Shown piece by piece: positions 38,333 through 46,664 of a stretch of 64,000 nucleotides of DNA (its first letter is position 1; the number at the start of each line of letters is the position of its first letter). A program made the position numbers and the translations under genes. The notes beneath the pieces are model-generated. The model was not told the DNA's origin. It saw only the letters and a program-made list of their open reading frames with translations, and did not search any database. This DNA comes from an uncultured Candidatus Saccharibacteria bacterium (GTDB lineage Bacteria > Patescibacteriota > Saccharimonadia > Saccharimonadales > Saccharimonadaceae), in assembly GCA_964407405.1 (NCBI GenBank), contig CAYOVH010000002.1:184053-248052 (forward strand). The letters are read 5' to 3'.

Positions 38333-38820
38333 AAATACAGATTGTAAACGAGCAGGACGAGATTATCGGCGTAAAGGAACGCTCAGAAATTGATCATACA
38401 ACCGATATCTACCGTGTATCTGCTCTCTGGCTTACTAATTCATTAGGGCAAGCCTTGCTTGCCAAACGAGCCATGACCAAAAGACATGATCCTGGTGTAT
38501 GGGGTCCTGCCGTTGCAGGAACTATTGAAGAGGGCGAAACCTACGAGAGTAATATTTATAAAGAGGCGGAAGAAGAAATCGGTCTAACCGATGTAGAGTT
38601 TGCGAAAGGTAAGAAGATTTTGGTCAATGACGGACATCATTATTTTGCCCAATGGTTCTTCGGCGTTGCGACTCGAGAAATTGCAGATTTTTCACGACAA
38701 GTTGAGGAAGTGGACGAATTGGCGTGGGTTGATACTGAACAAATAAAGCAAGATATACAAGAAAACCCAGACAAATATATATCTGCTATGCCGATTATTG
38801 TTAGTGAGCTGAAAATATGA
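38329..38820 (+). CDS. NUDIX hydrolase
   Basis: Nudix box GTIEEGETYESNIYKEAEEEIGL. Confidence 0.85.
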   Translation: MKIQIVNEQDEIIGVKERSEIDHTTDIYRVSALWLTNSLGQALLAKRAMTKRHDPGVWGPAVAGTIEEGETYESNIYKEAEEEIGLTDVEFAKGKKILVNDGHHYFAQWFFGVATREIADFSRQVEEVDELAWVDTEQIKQDIQENPDKYISAMPIIVSELKI

Positions 38821-39377
38821 CGGCCGTTTCCATAGAATACGCCCATATCTATACCAACAACGAGATTGGCAAAGAGCATGAAGCTTCGCTAAGTCATTTG
38901 TCAGTTGTGAAACATAGACTGGAGAACCGCGCGCAAACATATAACTTAGTTATTTTGGTTGACGACTATTCCTTTCCCGACCCAACTTTTGATTATAATT
39001 TATTCGTCGAGTGGCTAAAGACGAAGGACCTAGCACCCGATTTTCTGTACCGAGAGTCGCAGCTAATTCCGGTGTGTGACGATGTACTGGCACTACTTGA
39101 GAATAAGAAGCTTAAAGACAGTATCGTCGCTTACGTAAAGTCAAAGAAAAAGTACCCTTGTTCGCTGTTCATTGCTGCTTGGTATTTGCTCCGACTTGGT
39201 GCGCTCGAGCATAGCAGTTTCGGTAAAGACATTGTTGCTGAAAGATTGCTAAATATATTGCCGCAAAGCTTCAAGCCGTTTGAAGATGACGGTCTAAAGA
39301 TCATTGCTTCAACAAAATATGCGGACCTTGTAGACAAAATTGACTATGAGTTTATAGATGGTCGGCTTATCGCATAG
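38817..39377 (+). CDS. hypothetical protein
   Basis: 186-aa ORF overlapping the upstream stop by 4 nt. No recognised domain. Confidence 0.5.
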   Translation: MTAVSIEYAHIYTNNEIGKEHEASLSHLSVVKHRLENRAQTYNLVILVDDYSFPDPTFDYNLFVEWLKTKDLAPDFLYRESQLIPVCDDVLALLENKKLKDSIVAYVKSKKKYPCSLFIAAWYLLRLGALEHSSFGKDIVAERLLNILPQSFKPFEDDGLKIIASTKYADLVDKIDYEFIDGRLIA

Positions 39378-39423
39378 CTTTCTCATAGAAAAATCACCCC
39401 TGAAAGCAGCGGTGACTTTTCCA

Positions 39424-39500
39424 TGGAGCCACGACTGGGATTCGAACCCAGGACCTCATCCTTACCATGGATGCACTCTAACCAACTGAGCTATCGCGGC
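39424..39500 (-). tRNA. tRNA-Thr (anticodon GGT)
   Basis: Reverse complement GCCGCGATAGCTCAGTTGGTTAGAGTGCATCCATGGTAAGGATGAGGTCCTGGGTTCGAATCCCAGTCGTGGCTCCA. Confidence 0.9.
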
Positions 39501-39552
39501 ATTGACTACCTCGATAGATTGTATCACAAAGCGACTTGGGCGGACAACGATC

Positions 39553-39819
39553 CTACTTGCGTGGAGATTGGCGCTTTTGTAGGCGTGAGATGATGAAAGC
39601 ATCGGTCAGCGCCCACACGACAGCATTGCCGATAAATACCAATGCGGCAGTGGCCGACAGTAGCAAAAAGCTCTGGCCGAGACGGTAATTGACGAGATTT
39701 GTGAGGCCCGCTAGGATCAATACAGCTACTGCCAGTGTGAGATAAACATGCTGTAGCTTGGCATGGCGGTCATTTGTCTTGTTCCATTGTTTGAGGGCAT
39801 CGATAAATGCGGTGTACAT
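39553..39819 (-). CDS. small membrane protein (2 TM)
   Basis: 88-aa ORF with two hydrophobic helices. Confidence 0.5.
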   Translation of the reverse strand: MYTAFIDALKQWNKTNDRHAKLQHVYLTLAVAVLILAGLTNLVNYRLGQSFLLLSATAALVFIGNAVVWALTDAFIISRLQKRQSPRK

Positions 39820-39944
39820 TTGGTAAAACTCCTTTATGTTTTCATTATATCATCTTTATTAATAATATGCAAGTTTATAAATTGCCGCTGTCCATCAATA
39901 CTAAAATGCCGCCCTAACAGACGACATTTTATAAAATACTTTCT

Positions 39945-40029
39945 TGGTGCCGGAAGTAGGACTCGAACCTACGAAGGCTTACGCCGGGAGATTTACAGTC
40001 TCCTGTGATTGCCGCTACACGATTCCGGC
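39945..40029 (-). tRNA. tRNA-Tyr (anticodon GTA, long variable arm)
   Basis: Reverse complement GCCGGAATCGTGTAGCGGCAATCACAGGAGACTGTAAATCTCCCGGCGTAAGCCTTCGTAGGTTCGAGTCCTACTTCCGGCACCA. Confidence 0.9.
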
Positions 40030-40041
40030 GTAGCTATATAA

Positions 40042-40118
40042 TGGAGCCGCTTCAGGGACTCGAACCCAGGACCTGCTGTTTACAAAACAGCTGCTCTAAC
40101 CAACTGAGCTAAAGCGGC
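40042..40118 (-). tRNA. tRNA-Thr (anticodon TGT)
   Basis: Reverse complement GCCGCTTTAGCTCAGTTGGTTAGAGCAGCTGTTTTGTAAACAGCAGGTCCTGGGTTCGAGTCCCTGAAGCGGCTCCA. Confidence 0.9.
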
Positions 40119-40262
40119 GTACAGTTTATTAGTTTACTGTATACTGCCTCTGTTGGCAAGCATAAAACAATGTGTTTTACGATAAGTCCTAATTATTCTA
40201 GTTCGAGTCGTTACAAGAGTTGTATTGACTTACACTAATGATAGCAAACTATTATGGTTATG

Positions 40263-41132
40263 TCAATAGGTAGGCACTAGATTTGGTGTAGATTTATCGT
40301 ATTGGGCCTTTAAATAATCATTCGTGAAGTGGGCATATATTAAGGTTGTATTAATATTTGAATGACCAAGAATTTTCTGAACATCTTGTATACTTGCGCC
40401 ATTCATGAGTAGATTTGTTCCACAAGTATGCCTCAGCGTATGCGGGCTAATAGCCTTTGGTATATTTGATCTGGTAGCTATCTCTTTTATTACCCTCCAT
40501 AGATATTGGCGCGAGAGCTTCTTCCCAGTCTTACCACAGACCAAATACTCTGGATCAAACGAAAGAGTTGAATGGTAGTCTTGGAGAGCATAATCTGCAT
40601 CTGAGGCAATGAAGGTAATCCTCGATTTTCTCCCTTTTCCTTTCCTAACTATTATTGAACGGTCAAATATATCCTCTGTCTTAATGTTTGCAAGTTCTGA
40701 AATTCTGACCCCACTTCTCGTAAGAGTTAGAAATACTGCAAGTTCTCTCTTATCCTTACATGCAGCAATCATAGTTTTTTGCTCCTCTATGGTAAGAAAA
40801 TTTGCCTCACTATCTTCAATAAAAGGTAGATCAATGCTTTCAGGACGTATATCTGTCATATTTTTTGCATACAGAGTGGCTATCATGCTTCTAATCGGGG
40901 ATAGCTTATTATAAAAAGTTTTAGTAGCGTAGTTGAACTGTTGCAGATGTAGTGCATACTCATCAACCAATTGTGGCGTGAGACATTCTATAGGAATATC
41001 TCCAGTATAGTCCAAGAATATGTATAAAGTTGATCTGTATGTATCAATAGTTAATTTTGCTCTATTTTTTCTCACAGCCAAATAGTTCAGAAATACCTCT
41101 ATTGCTTGAGATAGATATATCTCATTAGTCAT
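40263..41132 (-). CDS. tyrosine site-specific recombinase (XerC/D-like phage integrase)
   Basis: Catalytic signature RSGVRISE...HTLRHT...LGHSNINTTLIYAH. Start set at ATG 41132 (MTNEIYL) with GAGAGGAG SD. Confidence 0.9.
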   Translation of the reverse strand: MTNEIYLSQAIEVFLNYLAVRKNRAKLTIDTYRSTLYIFLDYTGDIPIECLTPQLVDEYALHLQQFNYATKTFYNKLSPIRSMIATLYAKNMTDIRPESIDLPFIEDSEANFLTIEEQKTMIAACKDKRELAVFLTLTRSGVRISELANIKTEDIFDRSIIVRKGKGRKSRITFIASDADYALQDYHSTLSFDPEYLVCGKTGKKLSRQYLWRVIKEIATRSNIPKAISPHTLRHTCGTNLLMNGASIQDVQKILGHSNINTTLIYAHFTNDYLKAQYDKSTPNLVPTY

Positions 41133-41629
41133 ATAAAAAACACTCCTCTCTACCCTCACTAAAAAACGTTAATAATTCAGTGTAGGAATTTGGAGTGCCC
41201 GTAGGCTTTGCCTAGGAGTCTTGCTAATCGCCGCCTACAGCACGATTACTTGGGAGTCCAAATGCAAAATATAATTCATGTGTACTCTTATTATATTCCA
41301 AATCCACATTTTGTATATGTTTATTTTTAGACACAACTATCTCCCTGAATAGTACCAGAGTCAATAGATAAACCACAGCTTGTTAGTCACGTCTTTCTTA
41401 GCCGACCTTGCATTTCTTATTACGTCTTTGTTGATAGGTGATCGTACAACACCAGAAATACTAGCGATCTTTTACCCCACAGCTAAGTATCACTATCTTC
41501 TCTTTCTACCCTCCTGCGTACATCAGGTCGGAGGGCTTTTGAATAGTTGCCCTCAGAACTATCTACGCATGAGAAGAGACCTATTGACACATAGGTAGCG
41601 CAAACTGTAGTTATTTGTGAAAAAGTGAG

Positions 41630-41669
41630 ACGAAACAGAAAATCCCTTACCCGTAATGGGACAAGGGAG
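41630..41669 (-). terminator. Intrinsic terminator after the lysis cassette
   Basis: Minus sense TCCCTTGTCCCATTACGGGTAAGGGA followed by TTTTCTGTTT. Confidence 0.55.
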
Positions 41670-41733
41670 TTATTTCTGGTCTCCCTATACAGGGAGCGTC
41701 AATTCAGATTTTGATATTTAAATTATAGCAAAT

Positions 41734-41940
41734 CTAAGCATCAGAGTCAAGAGGCTCTTTGTTATCAATCGGTGTATTGAGTGCCGCCATTGTATTTATG
41801 ACAGTCACTTCTCCGCCCCATAGTGCTACTTCAAGCTCGCCAATATAGCCCTTTGCTCTTAGGTAGATGATGACTGGCGTGCCAAGCGCTGTAAATATAT
41901 AGAGCGCTGCGCGTAGTTTTGACGGGATGTTTAGTTTCAT
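41734..41940 (-). CDS. small membrane protein, holin-like
   Basis: 68 aa with TM segment RAALYIFTALGTPVIIYL. Lies immediately downstream of the endolysin. Confidence 0.5.
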   Translation of the reverse strand: MKLNIPSKLRAALYIFTALGTPVIIYLRAKGYIGELEVALWGGEVTVINTMAALNTPIDNKEPLDSDA

Positions 41941-41949
41941 AATATCCTC

Positions 41950-42795
41950 CTATTTCACCATTACTTTTTGGCCAGGCTTCAACTTCTTGTTGAAGTCCTT
42001 CCAGTCTTTTGAACCATTTAATTTTGCTATTGCGACCCACCGATCGGGACTTCCGGCATCTTTAAATCCAGCAGCCTGAGCAATATTAGATAGCCCCCAG
42101 CCTGCCTTTACCGTGACGTAGACTTTCTTAGCAGCTGTAGCGGTTTTATTATCGCCAGGATTGATCCACCAACCAGGCACACCTTTATTGCGAGTAATGT
42201 TTCGCATACCATTTGCTTGGCTAAACGTGTAATAGGTGCCTGCTGGAACGGTGCTGTTGCTGTGCTTGCCAGCTTTTGCATCGGCGGAGTTTACATACCC
42301 CTTGATTGATTTGACTACTTTATAGTCGCCAGTAGTCGGTTTTGGGGCTGGTTTTGGAGCAGCAACTTTCTTAACGATCTGCTTGCTTCCGACATATTCA
42401 CTCCATCCGAGCAACTTTAGATCATATGACCAGCCCTTCTGAAGCTTTTTGGTGAGGTCTGAGAGGCTAGAGAATGTCAGCTTATCCGCATATGGTTTAT
42501 GGGTGTTTGGGCTTGTATACGCTGTGCCGCTGCCGTCACTGTTTAGTTTTGCCCATAGTACGTGTCCCATGCCTTTATATCCTGAATACCATAGAAGGAC
42601 CCATACGCCATTTGGGACTGCATCTGTATGCCTTCCTTTTACTCGATTCCAGCCATCTGCAGCAGTGTTGTACTGGTAGAACACATCGACAGATTGCTCT
42701 ACATATGCCATGCACCAGCCAAGCCAGTCGCTCAAGACTTTGTCTCCCTGTTTGATGTATGGATCGAAGTTTGGTGTTGTTACTTGTTTATACAT
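41950..42795 (-). CDS. endolysin (CHAP-like N-terminal domain, central SH3-like region, C-terminal LysM-like domain)
   Basis: Cys in GWCMAYVEQ and His in GMGHVLW. Pro/Lys linker AAPKPAPKPTTG. C-terminal YVTVKAGWGLSNIAQAAGF...LKPGQKVMV. Confidence 0.7.
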   Translation of the reverse strand: MYKQVTTPNFDPYIKQGDKVLSDWLGWCMAYVEQSVDVFYQYNTAADGWNRVKGRHTDAVPNGVWVLLWYSGYKGMGHVLWAKLNSDGSGTAYTSPNTHKPYADKLTFSSLSDLTKKLQKGWSYDLKLLGWSEYVGSKQIVKKVAAPKPAPKPTTGDYKVVKSIKGYVNSADAKAGKHSNSTVPAGTYYTFSQANGMRNITRNKGVPGWWINPGDNKTATAAKKVYVTVKAGWGLSNIAQAAGFKDAGSPDRWVAIAKLNGSKDWKDFNKKLKPGQKVMVK

Positions 42796-42803
42796 AATGG
42801 CTC

Positions 42804-43094
42804 CTAATTTAGACGTTCTTTTATTTCGACTAGTGTGGCGTCGATTGATTTGAGCTGAGTTTGGATCTCAGTAAATTTTACTTGGTTGGTGGTGCTCTCG
42901 CTTTTCAGCCGTCCAATGTCTTGGGTATTTGTCGTTGTATGTTCTTCGATGCTTCTGGTGCGGTTGTCCATGCCTGCTACCCAGGTTGTACCGGTAACAA
43001 GTGCTCCGGCCACCATGATGAGAAATGCAACGGAAAATGTCACGCCGGTATTTTGGCTGATAGTAATTGTCTTGTTAGTACGGTTTATTTCCAC
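42804..43094 (-). CDS. membrane/coiled-coil protein of the lysis cassette (holin or spanin-like)
   Basis: GTG start. One TM (VTFSVAFLIMVAGALVTGTTWVAG) plus a C-terminal coiled coil. Confidence 0.5.
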   Translation of the reverse strand: MEINRTNKTITISQNTGVTFSVAFLIMVAGALVTGTTWVAGMDNRTRSIEEHTTTNTQDIGRLKSESTTNQVKFTEIQTQLKSIDATLVEIKERLN

Positions 43095-43160
43095 TAGTTA
43101 GACCCTCGTTCTACTCTCATTTTCCGTGGTAACCGCCCGCGTTGCGTGTAAGTAATGTAT

Positions 43161-43189
43161 ATTATACCGCTTATTCTTTGCTTTGGCAA
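43161..43189 (-). promoter_or_regulatory. sigma70-type promoter of the lysis cassette
   Basis: Minus strand reads TTGCCA (43184-43189), 17 nt, TATAAT (43161-43166). Confidence 0.55.
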
Positions 43190-43221
43190 ATTAACTATGA
43201 GTGGTTATTCGGTGAGATGCT

Positions 43222-43641
43222 ATGGTTATCTCTATGTATTATTATGGAGAGTCTGAAATTGTCTTTTGCGACGACCATTCGTCGGATAAGCTAGATTTTA
43301 CGACGTTCGGCTTTGGTAACTACTCACTCTCCGAAGTGGACACCAAATTTACGTGGATTAACGACAAGACAATCTTCGCAAAGACGGTCAATGTGGGAGC
43401 TATGCCAAACAGTACAACAAAGAGCGTTGCGCACGGTATTACTGGTCTAGAATATGTCGTATGGCTTGAGGGTAGAGCTAGCAACAGCAGTGGAGTATTT
43501 ATTGCTTTGAACTTTGCAAATGGCGTAGGCCCTTCTTCTAGCATCGGACTCACATTGAACGGTGCAAATATTCAGATATTAGCTGGGGCGAATCAATCAT
43601 CCTTTTCTGGCTACGTGACAGTTTATTATACGAAAATCTAG
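43222..43641 (+). CDS. silent alternative tail-fibre C-terminal cassette (only the part from 43282 onward is likely coding, after inversion)
   Basis: Shares the in-frame peptide SDKLDFTTFG with the fibre gene. No credible RBS or promoter lies ahead of it. Opposite orientation to all structural genes. Confidence 0.6.
   Translation: MVISMYYYGESEIVFCDDHSSDKLDFTTFGFGNYSLSEVDTKFTWINDKTIFAKTVNVGAMPNSTTKSVAHGITGLEYVVWLEGRASNSSGVFIALNFANGVGPSSSIGLTLNGANIQILAGANQSSFSGYVTVYYTKI
43281..43312 (+). repeat. Inverted repeat, left copy (putative inversion crossover site)
   Basis: GTCGGATAAGCTAGATTTTACGACGTTCGGCT, 31/32 identical to the reverse complement of 44022-44053. Confidence 0.9.
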
Positions 43642-43650
43642 CAGTTCAAA

Positions 43651-44178
43651 CTATTCAGTCATATACCATCCCTTAAACGAGAATACGTCAGAATTTTTCC
43701 ACGTAAAAGGGACAGTAGCAGAACTATTTACGTAGCTACTTGATAATATTGCAAATCTGTTGCTTGTTTCAGTAGATAGGTATGCTACAAAACTATTAAC
43801 GCCGCTACTTGATGCTGTACCAACTGATATGACATTAACTGTTCCACCGCCAATATATTCATCTGAGCTAATTGGTAGTGGTGCTGTGAATATTAATTTT
43901 CCTGTTGCTGGACCCGTCAAAGATACCTGGATATAGAAACTTACCTTTTTACCATAGGCCATATAAAATGCCTTGATGACGGTTCCTCCAAAGTTAGTGA
44001 ATGTTGGTGTCCAAGTCTGCCAGCCGAACGTCGTAAAATCTAGCTTGTCCGACGTTATTGAGTTAGCAGCTAAATTACCGCCATATATAGACTCAATATT
44101 CTCAACTAAATCATTCATCTCCTCTGCCGTGAGGATAGCGAATGGACTAAAGCTCATTGAAGGATTTGGCAAACTCAT
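43651..44178 (-). CDS. tail fibre / receptor-binding protein (currently expressed variant)
   Basis: 175 aa. N-terminal constant part ends in SDKLDFTTFG, encoded by the right inverted repeat. Preceded by phage motif copy G. Confidence 0.65.
   Translation of the reverse strand: MSLPNPSMSFSPFAILTAEEMNDLVENIESIYGGNLAANSITSDKLDFTTFGWQTWTPTFTNFGGTVIKAFYMAYGKKVSFYIQVSLTGPATGKLIFTAPLPISSDEYIGGGTVNVISVGTASSSGVNSFVAYLSTETSNRFAILSSSYVNSSATVPFTWKNSDVFSFKGWYMTE
44022..44053 (-). repeat. Inverted repeat, right copy (putative inversion crossover site)
   Basis: The reverse complement reads GTCGGACAAGCTAGATTTTACGACGTTCGGCT. Confidence 0.9.
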
Positions 44179-44210
44179 ATCTCTACTCTTAATTGTAAAT
44201 AGTCTGAAAT
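44179..44210 (-). promoter_or_regulatory. Phage repeated motif, copy G (degenerate)
   Basis: Minus sense ATTTCAGACTATTTACAATTAAGAGTAGAGAT, followed directly by the ATG of the fibre gene. Confidence 0.5.
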
Positions 44211-44221
44211 CACTAAAAGTA

Positions 44222-44361
44222 TGATATAATAATCGTGTCTATATTTTTCAGCTGCGGAACATACTTTATATCTAGCTTAGAGGTGGGCAGCCATTACAAA
44301 AGCTAGATTTGAGTCTGCTTTGAAAGGTATAGACAGCCAGTGATGGCTGTCCATTTTTATT
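44222..44361 (+). promoter_or_regulatory. Extended -10 promoter, structured leader and intrinsic terminator ahead of the plus-strand moron genes
   Basis: TGATATAAT (44222-44230). Hairpin ATCTAGCTT-N21-AAGCTAGAT (44270-44308). GACAGCCA-GTGA-TGGCTGTC plus CATTTTTATT (44332-44361), just before AAGGAGG-ATG. Confidence 0.45.
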
Positions 44362-44376
44362 CCCAAGGAGGTACGT

Positions 44377-44718
44377 ATGGATGAAGAATATAGTAATCTA
44401 GTAGATATCGCAGCTGAGGCGCAAAAAGCTCAGCAAAATCAATCAGCTGGGTTTGCAATAGATGAGAATATCGTTGCTATTACTGCAATATTTATACTTG
44501 TTCAAGCTATTATTTGTGGAATTATTGCTACCTTTATAGCTCATGAGAATGAGCGAAGTAAGTCGCTTGCTTTTGTAACTGGCTTTTTTCTTGGTCCATT
44601 GGGTATTGCGATCTACGCTATTATTGGAGAAACTATCGAGCTGAGGATAGCTATTGAAGAAAAAGAACGACGAAAGCTTCAAAAGGAATATAAACAACCG
44701 GCAAAGGTTGATGTATGA
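44377..44718 (+). CDS. small membrane protein (moron)
   Basis: 113 aa with two TM helices (FFLGPLGIAIYAIIG). Strong AAGGAGG SD. Opposite strand to the structural genes. Confidence 0.65.
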   Translation: MDEEYSNLVDIAAEAQKAQQNQSAGFAIDENIVAITAIFILVQAIICGIIATFIAHENERSKSLAFVTGFFLGPLGIAIYAIIGETIELRIAIEEKERRKLQKEYKQPAKVDV

Positions 44719-45254
44719 GGATACCACTACGCAGAAGAAACTATAAGATCATAGCCATGGTATTGATTGCTCTTGGTCTAGCAATATCTATTAGCTTGAT
44801 GATGATTTATGCTTCTAAAAAACCGGAGCAAAGAGCAGCTATAAGTAGTGTTGAGCAGCCAGATGAGGAAGCTACTCAAAATGAACCAAGAAAAATAGAT
44901 AAGATTTCAAAAGAAAGCACTAATATTTCCAAAGGTACAACTAATAAACCAAAACAAAATGATCAGCCAAAAGAAAAGCCAAAAGTCTTATCGACACAAG
45001 AGTATGGAGAGAAATACCTTAATCTAAGTCATCCTGATCTCCAAAAATGCTTTGATACTATTGTAGAGGCATTCCCGCATAGATTTACAGAAGATGTCCG
45101 TGAGAATAATGTAAAAGCACTACGCGCCTGGTCATCGGTATGTGCTACTGAAGTATATCGTGTTTATCCAGGTGCTCCCGCTATACGATCAAAAGGATTA
45201 TGGTTGATTAATGATGACTTCTTTGACGGTGATACTGCCAAAAGCTACCATTAA
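44715..45254 (+). CDS. membrane-anchored protein with low-complexity linker (moron)
   Basis: 179 aa. N-terminal TM, Lys/Pro/Gln-rich linker and C-terminal globular part. 4-nt overlap with the upstream gene. Confidence 0.6.
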   Translation: MRIPLRRRNYKIIAMVLIALGLAISISLMMIYASKKPEQRAAISSVEQPDEEATQNEPRKIDKISKESTNISKGTTNKPKQNDQPKEKPKVLSTQEYGEKYLNLSHPDLQKCFDTIVEAFPHRFTEDVRENNVKALRAWSSVCATEVYRVYPGAPAIRSKGLWLINDDFFDGDTAKSYH

Positions 45255-45661
45255 GAAAACTTCGGCTGGTTGTATGTTTTTATCAGAAAGGTGAAGTTTT
45301 CCGTCCCTGATGCTGTTACCATTGATAGCCCATAAGGATTCGGGATGATAACTGTTGCACGTATGGTATTTCCTCCAGCATGTGAGCACGCTACAAATAT
45401 GCCATACACACCCCTAGACCCAGTTCTACTAAATCTAGTAGAAATAGCAACCGGATAGTAGTGTGACCCTTCTTTTGAGCTATTTACTCTTACATTAAGA
45501 AGTGACTCTGCCTTCCCTAAGGTGATATCGGCTGTTTGTATTAATGTACCATATCCTCCAATTGTTTGAGACCCTGGAATAGATATTGCTGTCTGACCAC
45601 TATCGTCATTACGTAGGGTATCAAAATCAGTCGTTATAATTAAGTTATCTATTCTAGTCAT
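45251..45661 (-). CDS. phage tail/baseplate-region protein, function unknown
   Basis: 136-aa ORF in the post-tape-measure block. Confidence 0.5.
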   Translation of the reverse strand: MTRIDNLIITTDFDTLRNDDSGQTAISIPGSQTIGGYGTLIQTADITLGKAESLLNVRVNSSKEGSHYYPVAISTRFSRTGSRGVYGIFVACSHAGGNTIRATVIIPNPYGLSMVTASGTENFTFLIKTYNQPKFS

Positions 45662-46370
45662 CTAGGTATATCCTATAGTGCATTGTGAATAGCCCAGCGA
45701 AATAAGTATCGAAATACATGTTTAATGTAGTAGTAGTTAGCGTGCTATATGCTTCTACACCAGAGACTCCGATGGCTTGCTCCGATCCGTATAGCCTTGT
45801 TCGTCCATCCCATGTTGAAAATATCAACACAACTGGTATATATCCTAGATTATGCGTCACACTCCTCACGTCGAATCCAGCGCTGCCGCTATCATTGACT
45901 GATATCGTCCCTTGGTCATATATCTTCAAGTAATTTTCTGTTGAGTCCATGTATAGCCCGTAAGTTACTGGTGATTCAGCGATTGAAGTATTGCTTGGTA
46001 TTGATATAGGCTGGAGAGCGGTTACTCTGTATGCAAATGTAGTTGTCGCAGCAAAATTTATGAAAGTAGCATATATATTTGTAGCATCGCTCTCTACTAC
46101 TCCAAAAGGACTATTCATAAATTGATTGAATGCAGCTACAAATTGTATTGATCCTGACCCAAAATCAAAGCTTGTTGCCCATGAATCATTTGAGTAGGAG
46201 CCCACGCAAAGTGGCGTGAATGGTAGCCCATGTGGTATAGTTACCGTCACTGCGTCGGCTATACTGCTTGCTTTTGGCACTGAAATTGTCCCAGAGCGTT
46301 TAAATACCACCTTATCGTATGGATAATCTGTTGTGAGGGTAAGCTTCTTTGACTCTGATATTGGAGGCAT
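45654..46370 (-). CDS. phage tail/baseplate-region protein, function unknown
   Basis: 238-aa ORF in the post-tape-measure block. Confidence 0.55.
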   Translation of the reverse strand: MPPISESKKLTLTTDYPYDKVVFKRSGTISVPKASSIADAVTVTIPHGLPFTPLCVGSYSNDSWATSFDFGSGSIQFVAAFNQFMNSPFGVVESDATNIYATFINFAATTTFAYRVTALQPISIPSNTSIAESPVTYGLYMDSTENYLKIYDQGTISVNDSGSAGFDVRSVTHNLGYIPVVLIFSTWDGRTRLYGSEQAIGVSGVEAYSTLTTTTLNMYFDTYFAGLFTMHYRIYLDD

Positions 46371-46371
46371 C

Positions 46372-46632
46372 TTAGCCTCCGAGTATATTTATCACATCTT
46401 GGCCTGGAGCACTTTGCCATATACCAACCCTCAAAAGATATGATCCGATCTTGATGCGCCGATTTGTTCCATCGTTGAATAAGAATCCTGTACGGTCAAT
46501 AATGACAAGATCGTTTGCCGTTGCCGAGTCATATATTCGCATCGTTCCTCGGCCTTCATCAATCTGAATCTGGCCACCGAGAGTTGATATAAGGTTATTT
46601 CCTGGTTGTGTAATCTTGGTTATTATAGCCAT
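46372..46632 (-). CDS. phage tail-region protein, function unknown
   Basis: 86-aa ORF whose ATG lies directly after motif copy F. Confidence 0.5.
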   Translation of the reverse strand: MAIITKITQPGNNLISTLGGQIQIDEGRGTMRIYDSATANDLVIIDRTGFLFNDGTNRRIKIGSYLLRVGIWQSAPGQDVINILGG

Positions 46633-46662
46633 CTCTATGTTTAATTATGGAGATGCTGAGAA
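46633..46662 (-). promoter_or_regulatory. Phage repeated motif, copy F (degenerate)
   Basis: Minus sense TTCTCAGCATCTCCATAATTAAACATAGAG followed by ATG. Confidence 0.5.
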
Positions 46663-46664
46663 TC

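Noticed and set aside
39763-40008. Plus-strand ORF 39763-40008
   Set aside because: It is antisense to a small membrane-protein gene and runs into tRNA-Tyr.
40119-40262. attL/tRNA-derived direct repeat next to the integrase (for example GTTCGAGTC at about 40205)
   Set aside because: Only a 9-nt T-loop-like match, in the wrong orientation relative to the tRNA genes. This is too short to call an att core, and the right prophage end is outside the window.
41380-41598. 72-aa plus-strand ORF in the integrase-lysis intergenic region
   Set aside because: It has a non-ATG start and no RBS. It reads straight through a plus-strand hairpin/T-run (CCCTCC-N15-GGAGGG-CTTTT at about 41509-41540). The region looks regulatory rather than coding.
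43222-44178. Diversity-generating retroelement (template/variable repeat) as the explanation for the duplicated fibre segment
   Set aside because: The repeats are inverted, only 32 nt long and nearly identical, with no adenine-specific mismatches. No reverse transcriptase is present in the window. Site-specific inversion fits better.
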